From positions 1 through 35,827 of the forward strand of contig JAFEGQ010000062.1 of NCBI GenBank assembly GCA_018239785.1: 35,827 nucleotides of DNA. Direction: 5' to 3'. The notes under the pieces are model-generated. The model saw only the letters and a list, made by a program, of their open reading frames with translations, made no database searches and was not told the origin of the DNA. Positions 15,901 to 24,007 of the stretch are shown piece by piece. Origin of the DNA: Verrucomicrobiota bacterium. GTDB taxonomy: Bacteria > Chlamydiota > Chlamydiia > Chlamydiales > JAFEGQ01. Position 1 is the first letter of the stretch. The number at the start of each line of letters is the position of its first letter. Both the position numbers and the translations under genes were made by a program.

Positions 15901-18431
15901 GCACCAAGCTATTTCTCTTCATCGGCGCCTTGTTGCTAGGCATTTGCGTGGTGGTCTACATCGTCCCTGCCTACCTCACGGAAAAGCAGCTCCAAATCGA
16001 CCATGCAGAGTACCTTGATGGAGTTAAAAAGCAGCGGCTCGCACAGGTCTCTCATACAGCAGAGCTCCTTGCTGAAGACGTGGGGGCGATCGCAGGAGAT
16101 ATTGACTCTACCCTCTTGCTCACATTGAGCAACGAAAGCTTGCGCGCAGATCTTCTCGGCGAATGGGAGGGGGATGTGTGGCAAGGTGCTTTACAGATTT
16201 TAATGAATACACAGCAGATCGACTACCTCCAAATGGTCACCGATGAGAAGGCGACTGCTGTGATTCGTTTGAGCAATGCGCAGCTTTACGATGCTCAACC
16301 CTTTCCCATCAACGACAGTCTCGCATGGATGCTCGTCGCTTCTGAAGAAAAGGGCAAATACGATGTTTGCTTTGCTGTCCTACTTCCTCCCTTTGAAAAG
16401 CGCTCATTGGCCTCTGAAGACACCCTCTACTTGTTGTTCGATCCCATAGAGATCTTCCACCATGCAGGGAAGTATGCCCCCCTCTTGGAAGCAAATAAGG
16501 AAAAAATCTTAGAAATAAACTTTTTCAGTTTCCCAGATGCAGGGCGTGTGGCGGTAGAATTGATGGAGCGCTTGGTAGGGGCGGCACAATTTTTCAAAGA
16601 GACATTCGGCGACGATGAAGCCCATTTGCGCAGCTACGTCGACGAATTAGTCCGTGAAAAGATTGAGATTATGTCTCAGCCGACAGAAGGGCAACTCGTC
16701 GCAGATATCGGCTCTCATGTGGAGGGGAGCCTTGACAATACCGATACCACCCCCCCTGCGACGAGTGTCCCCGAAGGAGAAGCCCAAGTTTTTTGGTGGA
16801 CCCTCAACCGGACGATTCGGCGGGCGAATGATCTAGAGCTGATCGCGATCATTCAACTTATGGATTCGATAGGGAGGGTCAGCTCTGCCCCCTTCCCGAT
16901 GACCGTCCCCTATGGGTCAGCTCGCCTTGCGATCGCTGGCGGGGGAGGAGAGGCGCTGCTGAGTAAAGATGTATTTGATGACCGCATCCTTTTCGATGCG
17001 GATAGGTTATTGAAAGAACATCCGCCTCTTCACAAACGGGTCCCCCTTTCTTCGAGTTTTGGCCTCCTCTCTTCTGGAACAGCGGTCCCAGAGACGGTCG
17101 TCAACAGTTTGATCATCCAAGGACAAGAGAAGGGCAAAAAAGGGACCTTAACACTGGGCATCTCCTTTTATCTCCTCATGTCGAGGATTGCAGAGCAGGT
17201 GAATGAGACAACAGTTTTGCTCGTCGATGGGCAGTTAAGGGATTATGTCGATCGCCCCGACATGGTCTTGACACAGGCGATGATTGACGATCTGGACAAA
17301 CAGGGGAAAACTCTCCAAGGGGTGTTGGGGTTTATCACTCTTGATGGGAAACAATATTATTATTCCCGTTACCAGATCAAAGAGGATTGGGATCTTTACT
17401 TCCTCACGCTCCAGCCCGCAGAACTCGTCCTTGATCCCATTAGAGCATTTGAATCTAAATCTCAGGAGATGGCGAGTCAGCTCACTTGGCATATTATGGT
17501 CGCCACTTTAGTGGTGTTTCTTCTAGCCCTTCTTATGCTAGAGCTCATCGCCCGGCAAATGACCAAACCGATCCGCACTTTAGCAGCAGCGACCCAAAAG
17601 GTTGCTGAGGGAAAATATGGGGAAGTGAAGCTCCCCCCCATCGATGAAGGCTCGCGCAATGAGATCTCCATTTTAGCCCATTCCTTCAAGCAGATGGTCG
17701 ATGGCTTGCAAGACCGGGAAAAGATTCGGTCGGTTCTTGACAAGGTCGTCTCGCGAGAGATTGCGGATGAAATCCTTGAAGGGAAAGTGCATTTGGGAGG
17801 AGAAGTTAAAGATGTCACCGTTCTTTTTGCCGACATCCGCAATTTCACCTCTTTAACCGAGAATCTCCCTCCAGGAGAAGTCATCACCTTTGTCAACAGC
17901 TACATGACCCAAATGACAGAGGTGGTGGAGCGGCATCAAGGCGTGATTGATAAATACATTGGAGACGAGATCATGGCCCTTTACGGAGCTCCTGTTACCC
18001 ACCCTTACAGCGCTCTTCAAGCCGTTTTGAGCGCCTTGATCATCCAAAAAAATCTTTCCGATTGGAACGAAGAGCGGAAAATGCAGGGGCTGTTGACAGC
18101 GGATGTGGGCATTGGGATTCATACAGGGCCTGTCGTCGTTGGCAACATGGGGGCAGAAAATCGGCTGAATTACACGGTGCTTGGCAAAAACGTCAACTTA
18201 AGCGCTCGTCTTGCAGATGAGGCTCCTGGAAGGGAGATTTGGGTCTCTGAAGAGGTCATTTCAGATGAGCATGTCGCTGAGGCTGTCAAGTATGAAGAAC
18301 ATTCTGCAGTGTCTCTCAAGGGGATTACCAAACCTGTCAAAGTCTTCCGGATTGTGGGCTTAAGGCAAGGCTTTCTCTTGGGAGCTTTGAGTGAGCAGGT
18401 ACGCGGTCGCATCAGCCAGGTTGAGGGATAA
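15891..18431 (+). CDS. membrane sensor class III adenylate/guanylate cyclase with HAMP domain
   Basis: 846 aa arranged as TM1, a ~500-aa extracytoplasmic domain, TM2, HAMP (KPIRTLAAATQKVAEGKY...ISILAHSFKQMVDGL) and a cyclase domain (VTVLFADIRNFTSL, DKYIGDEIMALYGAP, GIHTGPVVVGNMG, YTVLGKNVNLSARL). Confidence 0.85.
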   Translation: MRLSTKLFLFIGALLLGICVVVYIVPAYLTEKQLQIDHAEYLDGVKKQRLAQVSHTAELLAEDVGAIAGDIDSTLLLTLSNESLRADLLGEWEGDVWQGALQILMNTQQIDYLQMVTDEKATAVIRLSNAQLYDAQPFPINDSLAWMLVASEEKGKYDVCFAVLLPPFEKRSLASEDTLYLLFDPIEIFHHAGKYAPLLEANKEKILEINFFSFPDAGRVAVELMERLVGAAQFFKETFGDDEAHLRSYVDELVREKIEIMSQPTEGQLVADIGSHVEGSLDNTDTTPPATSVPEGEAQVFWWTLNRTIRRANDLELIAIIQLMDSIGRVSSAPFPMTVPYGSARLAIAGGGGEALLSKDVFDDRILFDADRLLKEHPPLHKRVPLSSSFGLLSSGTAVPETVVNSLIIQGQEKGKKGTLTLGISFYLLMSRIAEQVNETTVLLVDGQLRDYVDRPDMVLTQAMIDDLDKQGKTLQGVLGFITLDGKQYYYSRYQIKEDWDLYFLTLQPAELVLDPIRAFESKSQEMASQLTWHIMVATLVVFLLALLMLELIARQMTKPIRTLAAATQKVAEGKYGEVKLPPIDEGSRNEISILAHSFKQMVDGLQDREKIRSVLDKVVSREIADEILEGKVHLGGEVKDVTVLFADIRNFTSLTENLPPGEVITFVNSYMTQMTEVVERHQGVIDKYIGDEIMALYGAPVTHPYSALQAVLSALIIQKNLSDWNEERKMQGLLTADVGIGIHTGPVVVGNMGAENRLNYTVLGKNVNLSARLADEAPGREIWVSEEVISDEHVAEAVKYEEHSAVSLKGITKPVKVFRIVGLRQGFLLGALSEQVRGRISQVEG

Positions 18432-18456
18432 TTGAAAGGAAGGTAAAGTTTTTCTC

Positions 18457-20226
18457 ATGCTCACCTTTCGGCAAAAACTTTTCCTCTCGTACCTGATTGT
18501 CTTTCTCATTTTTTTGGCTCTGTTGTTCCCTTTTGCCGCTCAAGCGGTCCGTCGCGTTGTCAATACGAGTCTGGCGGATCGGACCACACAGGTCATTGAT
18601 AAGATAGAATCAGCTGACACAGTAGAAGCGATGGTCGAGCAGTTGCGTACCTCTGCCCCCAACTTTTTCTTTCGGGTGACCTTATTCGATCCAGGCGGCT
18701 TCATTCTTTACGATTCCCACCTTTCCCCCTCTCCTCAACTCAACGATGTGCGCCGCTATCTCAATGAACATCCGGAGATTGCCCAAGCTCTTGAAAAGGG
18801 GGTGGGGTATCACGAAGGATATTCCCATGCGCTGGGGCAGTCGCTCGTCTATGTAGCCAAGTCGTTCAGCTTCCACGGCAAGACTTTCGTTGTGCGGACC
18901 GCCTACCCTTTAAGTCAAGTGAATGAGCTGACCGAGGAATTTGAGTTTGGCTTTTTTGCTTTGGGATTTACGGTCCTCCTCCTCTTTGGAGTGATGACCT
19001 CCGCCATTGCCCATCAGCTCTCTCGCCCTATTCGGACCATCATTAACGCCATTAAGCCCTATCAAGAGGGAAAACAAGAGTACCTTCCTGAAATTATTCT
19101 CAACAAAGGGGGCTCCCGTCCTCGCGATGAATTTGCACGCCTTGCTGAGACGCTCAACTCGTTAAATCGGAGAATTCAGAGTCAGATCGACACTTTGCGC
19201 AGCGAGCGCAATGAAAAAGAGGCTGTTTTGGAAGCTCTCGTGGAAGGGGTGATTGCAGTCGATTCGGAAATGATCGTCACCTATGCCAATGCGATGGCGT
19301 TGCAGATGATTGGGTGGCGTAAGGAAGACCTTCTGCAGCATGTCTTTACAGTGACACAGCTCGAAGAGTTTCAAGACCTGTTGCAGGGCTGTCAGCAGCA
19401 AGGGGAGATGCTTGCGATTGCTTCGGAGCTGGGGGAAGGGAAATCCAAGATTTACGTCGACGCTATCGCAGCTCCTAAAGCCAATAATACAGGCGCTGTC
19501 TTGGTCTTGCAGGATAAATCGATCCATTATCGGATTCTCGAGATGCGCAAAGATTTTATTGCCAACGCCTCTCATGAGTTGAAGACACCCATCACCATCA
19601 TCAGCGGATTTGCGGAAACGATGCATGAGAATCCCCAGATGCCTACAGAGATGATGCAGGAGGTCACGGCAAAAATCTTAGCGAACTGCCACAGGATGGA
19701 TTCGCTAATTAAGAATCTATTGAGATTAGCCGATATTGAGAACTTGCCGCGCGGCAATTTGCGGACTGTGAATGTCTATGATTTAGTGGATGGATGTCGG
19801 ATGACGACTCTGTCTGTCTATCCAGATGCTCAGATTGAGGTGCTCCAAAAGGGGCATGAGGATATGAAGATTTTGGCCGACCCCGATCTTCTTGAGCTAG
19901 CTGTGAATAATTTAATGCAAAATGGGGCAAAGTACTCGAAAGGGGCTGCGAAGCTCTCTGTGGTCATCGAGCCTGCTCCCAACCACATGGTCAGCATAGC
20001 GGTAACTGATCGGGGCATTGGGATCCCTTCAGAAGACCTCCCTTATATCTTTGACCGTTTTTATACCGTTGATAAGGCCCACTCTCGCCGTTTGGGGGGC
20101 TCTGGCCTCGGGCTATCGATTGTCCGGACGATAGTGGAAAAGCATTTTGGCAAAGTCTCTGTCACCTCAGAGGTGGGCAAAGGTTCCACCTTTGTCATCA
20201 CGTTGCCCCTCAAGCCAGGTATCTAA
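18457..20226 (+). CDS. sensor histidine kinase (TM-HAMP-PAS-HisKA-HATPase)
   Basis: 589 aa with H-box FIANASHELKTPIT, N-box LMQNGAKYS and G-boxes DRGIGI and GGSGLGLSIV. There is no response regulator in the window. Confidence 0.88.
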   Translation: MLTFRQKLFLSYLIVFLIFLALLFPFAAQAVRRVVNTSLADRTTQVIDKIESADTVEAMVEQLRTSAPNFFFRVTLFDPGGFILYDSHLSPSPQLNDVRRYLNEHPEIAQALEKGVGYHEGYSHALGQSLVYVAKSFSFHGKTFVVRTAYPLSQVNELTEEFEFGFFALGFTVLLLFGVMTSAIAHQLSRPIRTIINAIKPYQEGKQEYLPEIILNKGGSRPRDEFARLAETLNSLNRRIQSQIDTLRSERNEKEAVLEALVEGVIAVDSEMIVTYANAMALQMIGWRKEDLLQHVFTVTQLEEFQDLLQGCQQQGEMLAIASELGEGKSKIYVDAIAAPKANNTGAVLVLQDKSIHYRILEMRKDFIANASHELKTPITIISGFAETMHENPQMPTEMMQEVTAKILANCHRMDSLIKNLLRLADIENLPRGNLRTVNVYDLVDGCRMTTLSVYPDAQIEVLQKGHEDMKILADPDLLELAVNNLMQNGAKYSKGAAKLSVVIEPAPNHMVSIAVTDRGIGIPSEDLPYIFDRFYTVDKAHSRRLGGSGLGLSIVRTIVEKHFGKVSVTSEVGKGSTFVITLPLKPGI

Positions 20227-20260
20227 TCTTGCCTTAAAAAGCCTTGCTTCTTTAAAATGA

Positions 20261-21097
20261 GTGGCGATGCTTAGATTTGTCATAGCAATTCTGCTGTTAA
20301 CGAGCTTAGAAGCGCGCATTCTAGAAACTTCTGACCTTACTCTTTTTGAACAACACCTCGTCGACTGCGATCAACGCAGCCTTGTTTTATTCGATGTCGA
20401 TAACACCCTAATTTTCCCCAAGGATCAGGTGGTCCGCTCTAGTGCGCGAAAAGTTTGGAAAAAGCATGCGCAAGACACCATCGAAAATCCAGCGGTTTAC
20501 GGACAAGAGCATTGGAATGAGCCCTATTTCTTTGGACAGATGCTCACCCAAGCAGAATTTGAAATTGTCGATCCTAGAGTCGTAGAGCTGATCCACTCTT
20601 TACAGCAAAGAGAGATCAAAACTATTGCCTTTACAAGGATGTCGGCCGGCTCTTTGGGCAGCATCCCCTCTATGGAAGATTGGCGCATTGGACATCTCAA
20701 GAGCTATGACATCGATTTTAGCCCCGCTTTTCCTCTCCTGCACGAGATGAAGACAGCGAGTTTAGCGCCTAGCGGTCGCTCTGCTGTGTTCAAACAAGGG
20801 GTGCTTTGTGCCAATGTGCAAGATAAAGGGCCTGTGTTGGTCGCTTTTTTGGACTGCGTTGGATGGAGACCCTCCAGAGTGTTTTTCCTCGACGATCGGC
20901 TCGATTACCTGCAGTCGGTCGAAACTTCCCTCGAGGGGACGGGGATTGAGTTTATAGGGTTTCACTACACTGCTGTCGAGCAACTCCCCTCTTATCTTGA
21001 TGAAGAGGTTGCGAGGTATCAGCTGACCCATTTAGCGCAAACCGGGCTGTGGTTAAGTGATGAAGAGGCTGTAAAGCGCCTCCCATCAGCCTCTTAA
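20261..21097 (+). CDS. secreted HAD-like protein (DUF2608-like)
   Basis: 278 aa. The start is GTG at 20261 or ATG at 20267. It has a signal peptide (LRFVIAILLLTSLEA), the HAD motif I LVLFDVDNTLIFP and a later FFLDDRLDYL. Confidence 0.55.
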   Translation: MAMLRFVIAILLLTSLEARILETSDLTLFEQHLVDCDQRSLVLFDVDNTLIFPKDQVVRSSARKVWKKHAQDTIENPAVYGQEHWNEPYFFGQMLTQAEFEIVDPRVVELIHSLQQREIKTIAFTRMSAGSLGSIPSMEDWRIGHLKSYDIDFSPAFPLLHEMKTASLAPSGRSAVFKQGVLCANVQDKGPVLVAFLDCVGWRPSRVFFLDDRLDYLQSVETSLEGTGIEFIGFHYTAVEQLPSYLDEEVARYQLTHLAQTGLWLSDEEAVKRLPSAS

Positions 21098-21140
21098 GCT
21101 CACCTTTTACAAAAAATATTTAACATGAGAACAAGAGGGA

Positions 21141-21614
21141 ATGAGATATGTCCTCCTCTTAATTGTCATGTTTCCCCTCTTTGGCGAGGTGGCGCTTCCC
21201 TACAGTGCGCCGCCGCCTTCCGCCACCTATGAGGCAGCGCAGCGCTACATTCGCTTTAAAGACCGCGCCGAAGCTTACCGCGCAGAGGGGAACGATAAGA
21301 TGGCCGATCTTTACGACAGGCGAGCTCGTCAAGCGGAAAAGCAATTGAATGGTGCAGAAGGGGGCGAGCATCGGGGGTTTGCCTCTAGGATTCAAGAGGA
21401 GCGCGCTTGGCGCGAAAAAGAGCTCTCCTATCAGCGGCGCCGTGCCAGGGAACCTGGGACGATGACAGCGCGTGAGTCGCAGATCGAGCAGATGACTGGA
21501 GGGAGCTGGCAGACGCTTCCCCATCAAGGGACCTCTTCGGCAAAAAAACGGCAGTATCTATGGCCTTATAAGCAAGGGATCTTTCCTCCCAACGACTACT
21601 CCAACGGCCGCTAA
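21141..21614 (+). CDS. hypothetical secreted, charged protein
   Basis: 157 aa with an N-terminal hydrophobic leader followed by R/E/A-rich helical sequence. I recognise no homology. The antisense ORF 21159..21527 is treated as its shadow. Confidence 0.4.
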   Translation: MRYVLLLIVMFPLFGEVALPYSAPPPSATYEAAQRYIRFKDRAEAYRAEGNDKMADLYDRRARQAEKQLNGAEGGEHRGFASRIQEERAWREKELSYQRRRAREPGTMTARESQIEQMTGGSWQTLPHQGTSSAKKRQYLWPYKQGIFPPNDYSNGR

Positions 21615-22609
21615 TTTTGTGTGCGCTCGAGGTAAAACGCCCACTGTATAGAGTTCTCCTTATTGTCCCACTGACATTTCCCGGTTAGCTGGTAAGCTTT
21701 ATGCAATTGATTATTGAATTTCGTCCAATTTAAAGCGCTGACATCTTCGAAGATCTTAGCAGGCGTATTAATTGAGTCAAGGGTGTGTTTGATGACATAA
21801 GAAGCATTTTCAAATATGCTCCATTTTAAATCTTTCATTACGGCATCTGTTTTTTGTCCTGAAGCGAAATTCATAAAGATCCGATCAGGTTTTAAGGTAT
21901 TCACAATTATAGTCACCGCTTCTTCATTAAAATTATCTATACTTCCATGTAATTTTAATTTTGTAATTTTAATATTATGAGTAGTCAATAGATTTAAATC
22001 TAATGAGTTGGGATCTTTGAGCTTGACAGTGTCAAAATGGCATGCGTTATTTTTGCTGTTTTTTGCAGTAGAGTCTAGGAGCGCCTTCTTTATATTTTCA
22101 CTGAGATCTTCCGGGCTTATATGGTGAATCGACCAATTCTTGGGCAACAACTTGATTGCGTTCAGGAGCTCTTGATCTTTCTCTTCGTAGTCACTCACCT
22201 CGATCACGAAGGGGTCAGGAGGGCAATTTCCCCAATTGATTTCCTCAATTTGAGAGTCACCTGGAAGCATTTTAATGATATCCAAAAAGCAATCTTTTCT
22301 GTTCGTAGAGGGATCTAGAGCAGAAAGATCGAGAGTTTTGTCATTTTTATGCGCTTCAAGCCATTGGTGGAGTTCTTCTTGAGAGGAGAACTTTATTTTT
22401 TGTGTAGAGGGGATGAGAGTGCTAGCTAGAGCGGCAAAGGCGCAAGCGCTGCCGCCAAGGAGGGTAACTTTTTTATCAATTTTTTTCGCGAAATAGGCTG
22501 TTGCAAAGGCTCCAACTCCTAGAAGACAAAAAAGGGAGAATGGTTTTTTAGGCGAGATGTCAACCGCTGTTGAGTGTTGCTGCGAAGGGGAGATATTCTG
22601 GTTTTCCAT
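21611..22609 (-). CDS. hypothetical membrane protein with Inc-like bilobed hydrophobic domain
   Basis: 332 aa from a visibly AT-rich gene. Two closely spaced hydrophobic lobes (FSLFCLLGVGAFATAYFA-KKIDKK-VTLLGGSACAFAALASTLIP) lie near the N-terminus, followed by a ~260-aa soluble domain. Confidence 0.5.
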   Translation of the reverse strand: MENQNISPSQQHSTAVDISPKKPFSLFCLLGVGAFATAYFAKKIDKKVTLLGGSACAFAALASTLIPSTQKIKFSSQEELHQWLEAHKNDKTLDLSALDPSTNRKDCFLDIIKMLPGDSQIEEINWGNCPPDPFVIEVSDYEEKDQELLNAIKLLPKNWSIHHISPEDLSENIKKALLDSTAKNSKNNACHFDTVKLKDPNSLDLNLLTTHNIKITKLKLHGSIDNFNEEAVTIIVNTLKPDRIFMNFASGQKTDAVMKDLKWSIFENASYVIKHTLDSINTPAKIFEDVSALNWTKFNNQLHKAYQLTGKCQWDNKENSIQWAFYLERTQN

Positions 22610-22702
22610 ACAGACATTCCTGGTCTAAAGTAGTGCTCACATTCTAATATATTTATGATTTCTTTGCAATTTACTGCCTCTACTGCCAGCCCCTGATCCT
22701 TA

Positions 22703-22768
22703 AGTTATATCAACTTATACACGATTATACTGGATTTCGTGTATAAACGTGTATAAGTTGATATAACT
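22703..22768. promoter_or_regulatory. perfect 21-bp inverted repeat with 24-bp spacer, 14 nt upstream of the ATPase gene
   Basis: AGTTATATCAACTTATACACG (22703-22723) is the exact reverse complement of CGTGTATAAGTTGATATAACT (22748-22768). The spacer contains TATACT and a partial third copy, CGTGTATAAA. Confidence 0.6.
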
Positions 22769-22781
22769 AGAGGCAAAAGCA

Positions 22782-23957
22782 ATGAATCCCATCAAGAATC
22801 CTTTTTCACCCGGAGCCGGCTCCCCTCCGCCTGAATTAGTGGGACGCGATTTCATCCTGGAACAAGCGCGCATTCTTTTAGGTAGGACCAAAAAGAAGCG
22901 TTCTGAAAAAAGTTTGTTGCTTACAGGACTTCGAGGAGTGGGGAAAACGGTCCTCCTCAATGAAATTGAAGGTCTGGCGAAGGACGAGGGATACAAGACC
23001 ATCTTCATTGAAGCTCATGAGAACAAAGCGCTTGGCCTTTTAATTGCTCCCTATCTTCGCAATCTTCTCTTTGACTTAGATCGACTTGCTGGAGTGAGCC
23101 ATAAGGTAAAGCGAGGACTTACGACCCTCCGAAGCTTCATGAGTGGACTTCATCTCACTGTGGGGGAGATGACGATCGGATTTCGAGCAGATTCTGAGCA
23201 AGGACTTGCCGACAGCGGGGATTTAGAGATCGATCTGCCCAGCCTTTTCATTGCCATTGGAGAAGCTGCTGAGGATCGAAAGTGTGCGGTAGCGATCTTC
23301 ATCGATGAAATGCAATATTTTAGCCAAAAAGAATTTGGAGCTCTCATCATGGCCATGCATAAGGTGCAACAACTTAAGCTGCCTCTCGTGCTGTTGGGAG
23401 CGGGGCTCCCCATCCTCCCTTGGCTTGCAGGAGAATCCAAGTCCTATGCTGAGCGGCTTTTTCATTTTCCAGATGTTGGAGCCTTATCGGAAGAAGAGGC
23501 AGCTATTGCCTTGAATGAACCAGCCCTTGCTGAAGGGGCGACGTTTGATCCTGCGGCTCTTCGCGAAATCTTTCGCCTGACAAAAGGATATCCCTATTTC
23601 CTTCAGGAGTGGGGATATCAAGCATGGAACGTAGCAAAGGCAAGCCCGATCACTTTAAAAACGGTTCAAGAGGCGACAGAGGCAGTGATTTATCAGCTCG
23701 ACAGGAATTTTTTCCGCGTCCGTTTTGATCGCCTCACTCCAGGGGAGAAGAACTTTTTACGTGGGATGGCAGCTCTGGGGCCTGGCCCTTACCGGATGGG
23801 AGAGATAGTAGACTTGTTGAAGGTCAAACCGACGAGTTTAAGTCCAATGCGCTCTAGGCTGATCCAGAAAGGGATGATTTATAGTCCAGCGTATGGAGAT
23901 TTGGCATTTACAGTTCCCCTATTTGATGAATTTATGATGAGGGCAATGCCCCAATGA
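22782..23957 (+). CDS. AAA/STAND-like ATP-binding protein with C-terminal winged-helix domain
   Basis: 391 aa with N-terminal NPFSPGAGSPPPELVGRD, Walker A GLRGVGKT, Walker B AIFIDEMQY, and a C-terminal wHTH-like LTPGEKNFLRGMAALGP...MGEIVDLL. It resembles the Arch_ATPase/AAA_16 type. Confidence 0.65.
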   Translation: MNPIKNPFSPGAGSPPPELVGRDFILEQARILLGRTKKKRSEKSLLLTGLRGVGKTVLLNEIEGLAKDEGYKTIFIEAHENKALGLLIAPYLRNLLFDLDRLAGVSHKVKRGLTTLRSFMSGLHLTVGEMTIGFRADSEQGLADSGDLEIDLPSLFIAIGEAAEDRKCAVAIFIDEMQYFSQKEFGALIMAMHKVQQLKLPLVLLGAGLPILPWLAGESKSYAERLFHFPDVGALSEEEAAIALNEPALAEGATFDPAALREIFRLTKGYPYFLQEWGYQAWNVAKASPITLKTVQEATEAVIYQLDRNFFRVRFDRLTPGEKNFLRGMAALGPGPYRMGEIVDLLKVKPTSLSPMRSRLIQKGMIYSPAYGDLAFTVPLFDEFMMRAMPQ

Positions 23958-23971
23958 TCTAGAAATTGACG

Positions 23972-24000
23972 TTGACATCTCTTTGTTGAAATCCTAAATT
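23972..24000 (+). promoter_or_regulatory. sigma70-like promoter candidate for the Rhs gene
   Basis: TTGACA (23972-23977), a 17-nt spacer, then TAAATT (23995-24000). The Rhs ATG is at 24008, 8 nt after the -10 element, and no SD sequence is visible. Confidence 0.4.
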
Positions 24001-24007
24001 ACTTGGG

